A stretch of DNA of 64,000 nt from contig CATNEN010000003.1 in the NCBI GenBank assembly GCA_950097015.1, positions 13,082,001 to 13,146,000 on the forward strand. Direction: 5' to 3'. How positions within the stretch are numbered: position 1 is the stretch's first letter; every line of letters starts with the position of its first letter. This document shows positions 45,421 to 55,916 of the stretch, piece after piece. The notes beneath the pieces were generated by a model. That model did no database searches and was not told the origin of the DNA. It was given only the letters and a program-made list of their open reading frames with translations. The stretch comes from Macrostomum hystrix (lineage: Eukaryota > Animalia > Platyhelminthes). The translations under genes were made by a program, and so were the position numbers.

Positions 45421-47578
45421 TTTTAATTATTGTACTAACTTGCTAAATCTTTTGTCATCATTATGTGTTTTCAATTGAATTGTATTGACTTAAAAAGTAA
45501 GATGTCTATCAAAGAAAATCATACAAGTCAACCAGCAGAATTCTAGTCAGCACTGAACTTGTCCCACATATTATACACCATTGCTATTCTTTTACACTAT
45601 GCATTGATAGTGCACACTATAGCTCAAGGCAAAGTAGTATTACTTCAGGACCTTCACAATTTGTCAGCCAAGCTTCAGAGCTCTAGTTGCGATTTGGCAA
45701 AGAATGAATGGCATGGGACCATGGGAATAAACACTGCCCTAGATAAAACCAGTGCATTAATGACAATTTGTTAATAAAGTGTCTTGCTGCTTAGACACAG
45801 GCAAATCGCTATACATATAGTGTGGTAGGCTAGTTTTACATTCTTTAGCTCACACGATATTGTATATAGTTACTGTATGTATGATTCTTAGAAATTCTTA
45901 GAAAATAATATACACATATGATTTTGCATTGTTTAAATATGCTTTAATTATTTGTTTTACTATGCATGCCCACCCAATTTATGCTATATATATGAACAGT
46001 TTCCCCCACCTAAAAATCAATGGACTGCAAGACAGAAGTTCTTAAATATATATGTTTTATAAGCAAGGAGTTCTTTCACTTCAAAAATTTGCTTGTGTTT
46101 TGTGTTGGATATTTGGTGGTAAAAGGCGAAAGCTAAATTGTTTAGGCCCTACCAGAGACTCAAAGTCAGTTATATAGAACAATAGATTAAATAATACATA
46201 TGCTATGTTTGATTGGTACCCTCCAATCCATTGGAGCCTTTAAAGACTGGTAACCAATAATTTTAAAGAGTGATTCTATACAGTTTGAGAGTTAAAGTGT
46301 CTTACCTCTTAGGCACATGAATTTGCTACCACAGTTATTGAATATACATATATATAATTAAAGTGTTATAATTGGGTAAGTTGACTATTAACTAAGCATT
46401 TTGCAGTGGATAAATATAAGTAATTTACAGAAGAAAGGAGCCCTACGACAATAGCAAAGGAGTCTTTCTCTAGGAAGCTTAGAGGTATTGTCATAACATT
46501 AGACATATAGAAGTTATTTATATATAAATAGTGAATATATGGCCATACTGTGTGTCCACCAGTGGAATTAAATTAGTGAAGAAACCCTAGGGCCTAACTA
46601 ATTGGAGGCAGACAGCAGAACAACAATTTAAGAGTGGAGCCCTGAAACATATAGAATAAATATAGCTAGGCCCATGAAAGATGGCCATGGCAAAATAGTC
46701 ATATTCCATTTATACCAATTGGCAATGTTATAGTGACTTCTGCCATTTTTCACTTAACATCATTAAACTGCAAGTGGAACATGAAGAACTTTGGTAATGG
46801 CAGTAGGCATAGCCCAGGCGATATTAGGCCTAAGCATTGCTAAAGAAGGGGCCTACATCTAGGCCCCTACATGTCAAAGGTGACTAGGAATAAAAGTCCA
46901 AGCACACTAATATGCTGTGTAAGTCAAACATGTTTTATTTTATTTTATGAATGCCGTTACTATTACATCAATGAATATGGCTGACCCTATCTATTAAATT
47001 GTAAATAACGTTTCGAGTGTTAATAGGATAGCCCGCAATTACAATAGCACAGACCACAGACAGACTACATGCTGCGAAGTCGATAATCAAAAATGACGTG
47101 AACGTGATATAAATTTTATAACTACACTCCACTATAAAATATATAGATAACATATGAAACAACCACATACTAGCTGCAGAAAATGTATTCTTAAGACAAA
47201 GATTCGACATCTAATCAGATGGTAATTGAATCAATTAAAATTTAAAAAATCACTTTTTTCACCCTTTTTAAAATAAAAGGTCTTACGTTACTGATTTTAC
47301 TAATTTAGGTCTTTCTTTAATTATTATTTTTCCTGTTTTTTGTTGTAAATTGCTTTAATCTTGTTAAGAATAACGAATGGGTTTGTTAAAATTGTGTATG
47401 GTATTTAAATATACAATTTACATTGCTTCGTAGAAAAAGCGAGACTGTGCACCCTGCCTTGTCTCGTTATTGTATCACTAGTCTGTGTTTGTAACCGCGA
47501 CTTTCTAACTTGATTTCTGTATTTTTTTGGTTTCATCACACGTTTTATATTAAAATTTTTTGTGCTTCTGGCGGTATC

Positions 47579-50500
47579 ATGCTAGTAAGTACTTTTTTAT
47601 TTTGTTTTTAAAAAAAATATTGATACTTGCCCTATTGATTGCTATTGGATTTGGAATTAGCTACTCTGTAATTGATCTAACTTTATTTATTTTCTTTATA
47701 TCTTTCGGCACATCATAAATAAGCGCTGTTTCATAGCTTAACTTAAGTATTCATTTATTTAGCTTTACGCCTTGTAGCCTTGTAGCCTTGTAGCCTTGTA
47801 GAGAGGTTGTAGCCTAGAGAGGGCGTCGCACTCACGACTTGAAGGTCGGGGGTTCGATTCCCGACACCACTGAAACAATATGTGTCCTTTAGCAAGAAAC
47901 TTAACTCTCCATTGCTTCAGTTCACCCAGCTGTTAAATGGGTACCAGCATTAGCTGGAATAATTGAAGGTTGGTGTGGCGTTCCCCTAGTCCATGGACTG
48001 AACAGTTGTAGGCCTAGGCCTACGTAGTCTTCATATGCGCCGCGCAATAGCTGTGGGCTGTGGCTGTGCTGCTAGCTGCACATCTGACCCGATTGGGGCA
48101 GGTGTAATCATTTATTCTTTTTTTTAGGCCTTGCATAGCCTAGCTATGCAAAATTCTTCTATTATATGGCACAGTTAACTACCATCTCACAGTTAGGCCT
48201 GCTTATCCTGACACTTAAGACTACATTTGTTTGCTGGTAGCTGTTACAAATTTGTGTGGATATTTTTTTTAATGGTGTACATAGATCTTTTGCCTTCTAT
48301 GCAATGTAGATATGTACAAGCTGTTTATTAGGAAGATTGGATACCACAAAATTGTGCCTTGTGCATCATTGACTTCATATGTCACTTAAGTGTACAGTTC
48401 AATATGTTTCTGAGTGTTGCCCTAGTATTTTCATATGGATAATTTTTATGCTAGGCTTTGTTCAGGCATAAGCACAAACTGAATTCATATATAAATCGCT
48501 CTTTAAATATCTACCAAACCTGTGAGAGATATAAGTATAAACTAAAAAATTTCTAGCATTATATAGCATATAACCCCCTTCCACAATATGGCAAGCTGGA
48601 TTTTTAGAATAATTTTGTTCATTTAGATATAAAGACTAAGCACTACATTTTTGGGTAAGCTGATGTCTGATGATATGCATTGCCAATAATATCTAGGTAA
48701 ATTTAGTACAGATCAACATTTGTAAAACTGCATGAATTAACAGATTTTAATTTTACTCTAGTCTATTCTAGCTTGATTATGATAATAATAATAACAATAA
48801 TTGCAGGAGGGCTGCGGGCAATGACACATAGTTTGGTGACACTAGACCCACAGCCAGCAAGGAGGCAATTCTGCCCATTTTGCTGACTCCTGAGCACACA
48901 CACACACAGATACAGTACGCAGGCATATGCTCACACAGGTGTGTACATCTGCCCTGACTTTCTCATCATCAGGCAGTGTACATTTCACTGTGCCTTGGAG
49001 GTTGGCCCTCAAAGGCGTAAATTGCATGACAAGCCCCTAAAGCCATCTCTCCGCGGCTGCACCCCAAATAAATGTGGCCTCGCCATGGAATCAAACTTAG
49101 GGTCTGTGGTGCGAGAGGCAAACGCGTTAACCGCTCTGCCACCGACCCCCTTGCTTGATTATGATATTAATAATGATAATAATCACTTCTTCAATCGCCA
49201 GGAAGAAGTTGATCATCAAGTTGACCTATCCGATAGTCCAAATGATGGCGCTGCGGCTTCCAATTCTGTTGGCAAAGAGCAACGCTCAGACACAGTGGAT
49301 CTCAGCGGGAACTCCGATCTCAGAGTAGACATATCCGATGCTCTCAGTGAGAAGGAGCGCGTTAAATTCACTGTGCGAACAGTTACCACGCTGGTGCCGC
49401 GTTTTGCTCAACCCGACTTCTCAGTAGTTCGCACCCACGAAGAATTCGTCTGGCTAGCTGATCGCCTAGCCGAGAATGTTGATTATGCCGGCTTCATCAT
49501 TCCGCCGGTGCCACCGACGCCAGATTTTTCTACTTCTCGCGAGAAACTGGCCAGACTGGGCGACGGCGAGGGTTCAATGACTAGGGAGGAATATGACAAG
49601 ATGAAGTCAGAATTGGAAGCGTAAGTTACTGAACTATTTTACTGACTATTTTATTAGTTCGGAGTTGTCAACAGACTAGAAAAGTTCTAGACTAGACTAA
49701 GCTCTGCGTTAGCGTGTCTATAGTCGCCTATTTACACCTGTTGTACCCCTTGAAGGTCCAGCAGTCTGTCTAGATAAAATTAGGTGACCACCGAAGACGG
49801 AGATGATGCAGGCACATTCGGGTGACTGGCTGAAATGCAGATAATGTTGAAGGCCTGGCAATGTGCTAATTCGTGTAGTGTATGAAATACACTAGCGCTT
49901 ATGGTACAAACCAGACCTTCGGCCAGAACTGATAAATATCTCGATGATTCTGGCGGCTTGATTCTTGTTTCAAAAGATGCGCAACAAAAAGTTGGCCCGT
50001 GTTCTTTAGTTTCGTGTTCTTGCGTTGCTCCGTTCGGGTGCAACAAATGAACATATCTAATGAACATATCTAATAAACATAATGTCTTTTAGATCCCAGT
50101 TGAAACATCAGTTTTAAGCTTAAATATTTCGCGTTTTTTATTATTATAAAAAATATTAATTAGTTTACATTGTTACTGTTTTACAAAACACGCTGATTAA
50201 ATTGCGTGCAAGGTTTTTAGGGCCTTTATATTGATCATGCAATAGACTGTAATTCAAGAAGTCAATGGGAAAGAAGGTGAGCTAATTTATGCCTAAGTTG
50301 GTAAGTGTGCTTACCTTAACTTTTTTAGTCTAATGGCTACAGTTTCATGGGTAGTTACCGTCTCTTTATAGCCTGCCTGTATAATCTTCAGCGTTATCAG
50401 TTTTAACCTGAAACTTGGCTTTGTATGCTTAACTGAGGCTACAGTGTGTTAGGTGTCTTGGTCTCTTACTTTGACTATTTGAAAATCTGTTTAAAGTTGA

Positions 50501-53500
50501 AATAATTCAGAAACGTATGTAATGTTTAATTTACCCTACTCTTAGTAGTAGAACTGGTGTTGTTTAGGGTTTAGTCTTACTTTGTTTTTTTATACACTCA
50601 CTCCTCACAGGGAGTATCTAGCCACCTTCAAGAAGACGGTTGCTATGCACGAAGTCTTTCTTAGACGCATTGCCGAGCATCCAAAACTGCGAGAAGATGA
50701 CATCTTTAAAGTGTTTCTCGAGTACAAAGAGGATGTGAGCTGGGTGTTAACTTGTGGCTTTGTTTTTGTTATCGCATTGTGCTCTAAATTCTTGACCAAC
50801 CCCCATTATAAGAACCCCTTACCCTCAATTTACATAGACTATTTGATTACATTGGCTTCCGGACCAATCCCCACTTTGATAACCTCTTACCCTCAATGTA
50901 CATTGGCTTCCCGACCAATCCCCACTTTAATAACCTCTTACCCTCAATGTACATTGGCTTCCCGACCAATCCCCACTTTAATAACCTCTTACCTTCAATG
51001 TACATGGGCTTCCCGACAAACCCCCACTTAGCCTCTTACCCTTAATGTACAAGTTGTCTTCTTGACCAACCTTAACTATGATAACCTATAACCATCAAGG
51101 TACATTGACTTCCTAACCAACAAACTTTCATATAACCTTGAGCTTAAATGTGCATTGACTCTACTTTAACATACCCACATCTGAATACCTAATATATCAC
51201 CCCAATTGTAATCTGACTCTTACATTGACTTACTTCCTCAGCTAAATGTTCGCGGCAAGAACAAGAAGGAGAAGGTCCAGGGCTTCTTAAAGAGTGGCTG
51301 GAAAACTGTGGACGACGTGATCCTATCCGCTCAGAAGGAGAAGGATGAATTTTTTGAAGGCCAGAAGAAATTTATCACTTCCTATTATAGTCATCTGAAG
51401 AATGCTCTGGCGGATGCTGACAAAATGAACCGCTGTCATAAGAGTGAGCTTGCGTCATTTTTAAAGCGTGTTGGAATAGTTTTTGATTCGTGTTTTAATT
51501 TCTGAAAAAATTAATATTCGAGTAGCTTTCTATGTTTTCTGACATATCATAATATAACACACTTTTATTTATCTCACTCTACTAGATCTCACTCTACTTG
51601 ATCTCACTCTACTTGATCTCACTCTAATAGATATCACTCTACTAGATATCACTCTACTTGATCTCACTCTACTTGATCTCACTCTACTAGATATCACTCT
51701 ACTAGATATCACTCTACTTGATCTCACTCTACTAGATATCACTCTACTAGATCTCACTCTACTAGATCTCACTCTACTAGATCTCACTCTACTAGATCTC
51801 ACTCTACTAGATCTCACTCTACTAGATCTCACTCTACTAGATCCCACTCTACTAGATCTCACTCTACAAGATATCACTCTACTAGATATCACTCTACTAG
51901 ATATCACTCTACTAGATATCACTCTACTAGATATCACTCTACTAGATCTCACTCTACTAGATATCACTCTACTAGATATCACTCTACTAGATCTCACTCT
52001 ACTAGATATCACTCTACTAGATATCACTCTACTAGATATCACTCTACTTGATCTCACTCTACTTGATCTCACTCTACTTGATCTCACTCTACTTGATCTC
52101 ACTCTACTTGATCTTACTCTACTAGATATCACTCTACTTGATCTCACTCTACTAGATCCCACTCTACTAGATCTCACTCTACAAGATATCACTCTACTAG
52201 ATATCACTCTACTAGATATCACTCTACTAGATATCACTCTACTAGATCTCACTCTACTTGATCTCAGTCTACTTGATCTCACTCTACTTGATCTCACTCT
52301 ACTTGATCTCACTCTACTAGATCCCACTCTACTAGATCTCACTCTACTAGATCCCACTCTACTAGATCTCACTCTACAAGATATTTCGCATTTTCAGGCA
52401 CAGCCGATTCTTTTATACGCGTCTCGAGCACTGTTCAGGACTGCTCAAGAATGGAACGCGACAAAGGCCTAGCGGAGTAGGTGTCTAACTGCTTTTTTAT
52501 CGATATATAGTTTATATTTTTACAGTGTTAAACTTTATTTTACAGTTTCTTATTTCACTACGGCGAATTTTGCGAAAAATATCGCAAACTGGAGGGTCGC
52601 CAAGCTTCAGACAGCGATCTTAAACTGGCCGACACTCTTCACTACTACGTGTCAGACTGTACTAGCGCCAAAGATCTCATGTACAGACGTTCAAGAGCTC
52701 TAGCCGACTATGAAACTGCCAACAAAGAATTAGAGAAGGCTAGGACAAAGAATAAGGCGGTTAAAAAGGCCGAAGAGGATCAAGAGGCTGCCTACGCCAG
52801 ATTTGCCGCCATCTCCGATTCTGGTCGCGTTGAATTGACCGAATTTAAGCGACGTTGGGTCGCCTATTTTAATCGGAGCCTAGTTGAGCACACCGAACTG
52901 CAAATTAAGCACGCCAAGGTGAGAGTTATCAAATAATTAATTAGATTTTTCTATACATATCGCCTTACCTTTAGCTTAATAATAAAAATACTAAGAATAA
53001 TAATTGCAGAAGGGCTGCGGGCAATGGCACTTCTGCCCATTTCGCTGACTCCTGAGCACACACGCACACAGATATCGTACGCAGGCACACGCTCACACAG
53101 GTGTGTACATCTGCTCTGACTTTCTCATCGTCAGGCAGTGTACATTTCACTGTGCCTTGGAGGTTGGCCCTCAAGGGCGTAAATTGCACGACAAGCCCCC
53201 AAGCCCTCTTTCCGTGGCTGCGCCCCAAATGAATGTGGCCTCGCCGTGGAATCGAACTTAGGGACCGTGGTGCGAGAGGCAAACGCGTTAACCGCTCTGC
53301 CACCGACCCCGGTTACCCTTGGCTAACCTTACACTACCAGACATCAGGATAAACTCTGCAAATGTTTAAAATAACGAAAGGGGAAAATAAGGCCCAAGCA
53401 TAGCCCCATTATTTATTGCTTGTACTATCATCATATTTTTTATCTCTTTCGGTTCTTCCGAAACATATAGGCAAATTTTTATCTAATGCAGCTAGTTATC

Positions 53501-53985
53501 TTTGTCTGACCCTGACAAATTTTTTTTCTTGCAGTTTGATTAGGCCTAAGGGGGTTTTAAGCTAGTGTTTAGACTGTTAGAGCGTCGGACTCAACTTAAA
53601 GGTCAGGGGTTCGATTCCCGACTTCATTAAAACAAATTGTGTCCTTTAGCAAGACAGTTAACAATGCACTGGTTCATTTCACCCAAATTAAAGCTGGGAA
53701 CCCGAATTAGCTATTAGCTGGGGGGTAATTCAGAGTGGGTTTGGCGTCCCCCCAGTCCATGGACTGAACAGCCGTACGCAGCCTTCAGATGCGCCGCGCA
53801 ATAGCTGCGGCTGTGCTGTCGGCTTCACATCTGGCCCAATTCGGCTGGTGTAAATACGTTTTTCAGCACGTATCGTTTAGTTCCCCCCCGTCGTCTCTTT
53901 TTACCGAGTCGTTATTTAATCCATTCATTTCCAGAGTCAAGCTCAACTACTGCGCCAAACAATTGAACAACTCAAGCGTCTATAG
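47579..53985 (+). CDS. SNX6: Sorting nexin 5/6 family PX-BAR protein, ~417 aa, 7 coding exons
   Basis: Exons 47579-47584 (ATGCTA|GTAAGT, less certain), 49202-49620, 50611-50734, 51242-51443, 52398-52476, 52546-52918, 53935-53985; total 1254 nt in frame. Motifs [86 protein letters not shown]. Confidence 0.93.
47800..48105 (+). mobile_element. tRNA-derived SINE family B (CORE-like middle)
   Basis: B-box GGTTCGATTCCC, then GTGTCCTTTAGCAAG...CAGCTGTTAAATGGGTACC; matches 53560-53850. Preceded by (GCCTTGTA)x4. Confidence 0.87.
48781..49150 (-). mobile_element. Full-length tRNA-derived SINE family A in SNX6 intron 1
   Basis: Minus-strand head GGGGTCGGTGGCAGAGCGGTTAACGCG, CpG-decayed B-box, (ATT)n tail. 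Confidence 0.9.
50845..51050. repeat. 51-bp tandem repeat in SNX6 intron 3
   Basis: About 4 units of ACATTGGCTTCCCGACCAATCCCCACTTTAATAACCTCTTACCCTCAATGT. Confidence 0.88.
51571..52380. repeat. 15-bp minisatellite in SNX6 intron 4
   Basis: ATCTCACTCTACTAG, about 54 units, ending 17 nt before the exon 5 start. Confidence 0.97.
52995..53310 (-). mobile_element. SINE family A copy in SNX6 intron 6
   Basis: Intact A box TGGCAGAGCGG and B box GTTCGATTCC on the - strand; ATT tail. Confidence 0.9.
53555..53852 (+). mobile_element. SINE family B copy in SNX6 intron 6
   Basis: B-box GGTTCGATTCCC; body matches 47800-48105. Confidence 0.87.
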
Positions 53986-54656
53986 GCTGATGCTCAGTTG
54001 GTTTGGCTGATCCACATTTCTTTAATGATTTTGATAATAAGACAAAGAGCCAAGTACTTGATTTATTAGAAGGATAAGAGACAATACAACTATCAGATGC
54101 TGACAATTTCGATTGCTTGATTTGCTTTTTTTACTAAAACCATTCTAGTGTTAATAATGTTTGGTTTAAATTAAAAATGTACTCATTGAATTATTTTGCA
54201 ACCACGATTCTAATTATGATAGCTTCTTTTATCAAAGTGTAATACACCAGATTCTATCACTGTTGACTCTACCTGTACTTGATAAAAATGTTTATCAATC
54301 TGTTCTATTCTTTTTCTTACACACTCTCTCGTTATGTTTTTCTCTAGCCTATTTTTGGCCAATATCAATTCGAGTATTGATATCAAATAAAAATTGTCAT
54401 CAAAGTAGTTAAAATTTTTTTTGTTATATTTTTATATTGCTTTTTAATAATTAAAAAACTAAAATCCTTCTTTCGCAATTATAAAGAAAACTTTTTGTTT
54501 ACAAATTCTGGTCACGATAATTTTACACATACCACATTTTTTCCATCGCTAGTTTTTTTTAGTTACAATTACAAATAGGGCCTATGAGTGTCAAATTGAC
54601 TTTAATTTTCTTCTAACGATTGATAGATTTAAGTAATAAATTAGTAGAACTTATCA

Positions 54657-55074
54657 CCCGCTAAAAATAGGGATGTTTCTTTGGTGATTACAGTTGGAAT
54701 CTGCGGTGTTTCCAGAAAAAGAAACAGCCGAACGCTGGAAACATACCAGTCGGATGATTCCATGCTTAGAATCTACCCAACTGGGCGTTTTCTCGGTGCT
54801 TCTTGGTGGCGAAATGGAATCACCCAAAGAATCCTCCAGTTCGGAAGATTCCATGCTCAGAAACCGCCGAGGAATCGCCCGTAAATAATTCTCTGGTTGT
54901 CCCATGGGCCACTGGTTCGGGTGATTCTTCGGCGGTTTCCGCACAATTTACGGTTACATCGGCTGCTTCCTGGGTGGTTTCTTTAACTCTTGCTAGATAG
55001 GGGGGATTTTGGTAGATTCCACTCCTATTTTGCACAAAAAACCCGCCGAAGAAGCTTCCGAATTTTTTACAGGG
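54657..55074. mobile_element. Non-autonomous DNA transposon (CMC/EnSpm-like MITE)
   Basis: Imperfect termini CCCGCTAAAAA ... TTTTTTACAGGG, 2-bp flanking CA duplication, and internal inverted repeats GAAACCGCCGAGGAATCGCCC / GGGTGATTCTTCGGCGGTTTC. GC-rich island in AT-rich DNA. Confidence 0.55.
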
Positions 55075-55916
55075 CAAAAAGCTAAACATATTTGTTTAGT
55101 AGTATAGAAAGCATAATATAAAGTATGCACATTGTGTTTGTTGTATTAATTAGTCAATTTAAAAAAAATAAAACGTGCAATATTACTGTAATCGCAGTCG
55201 CGTTGTTTTCTATTAATTTTGTTGTTATTTTCTTTGTAGAAATTGAAAACAAACACATGTTTATACAATAAAATCATATTCATTTGTATTGTTTTCTATT
55301 CTTCTGTCACTCTTCTTATAAAAGCAAAATCAAATATGAATTTTTACGTAAACTTAAATTACGTTATTCACGTATTTACCCAAATGTTAAATGTTGTGCA
55401 ATAGAATAATCAGCATATGTTTTGATAGTTTATGATTTTTTCCAGTTTTTAAGTATTCTTTGATATTTTTTATTATTTGTTTCTCGTCAGTAAACAAACG
55501 TCTTTTAGTATAATTAGATTTTTGCTTTTTGTTTGTTTATCTTGTAATTTTCATTCCGTGTCTAAATAATCTAGAAGCTTTGATTTAAAGTTATCAAAAA
55601 AACAAGCGAGCAAAAATTGGTTAAACTACTTACAGTAGTAATCTATCATGGCTATCTCGATTGAATATTTTTATACAATAAAATGATTAAGAATTTTGTT
55701 TTCTAATTTTTGTTAATGATTCTAAATTTCGTTGTAGTTTGTGTGCTTTTTATTTTCGATGTTATCATTTTTTGTATACCTTGAGCACATCAGTTGGAGT
55801 CTAGGATTCGACTTATAGGTCGGGAGTTCGAATCTCAGAAGATTTTTTAAATCTATTTTTCAGCTAAGGCAGTTTATTTCATACAACCGAATACTACTAT
55901 AATCTAGTGCTTTGCA

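Noticed and set aside
48945-48985. Hammerhead ribozyme core (CTGATGA...GAAA...GTC on - strand) in SINE A
   Set aside because: No room for stem II, the motif is sequestered in a simple hairpin, and it is not kept in the 23.9-kb copy.
51569-52372. RS-rich 267-aa ORF resembling an SR protein
   Set aside because: Antisense translation of the 15-bp array inside an SNX6 intron.
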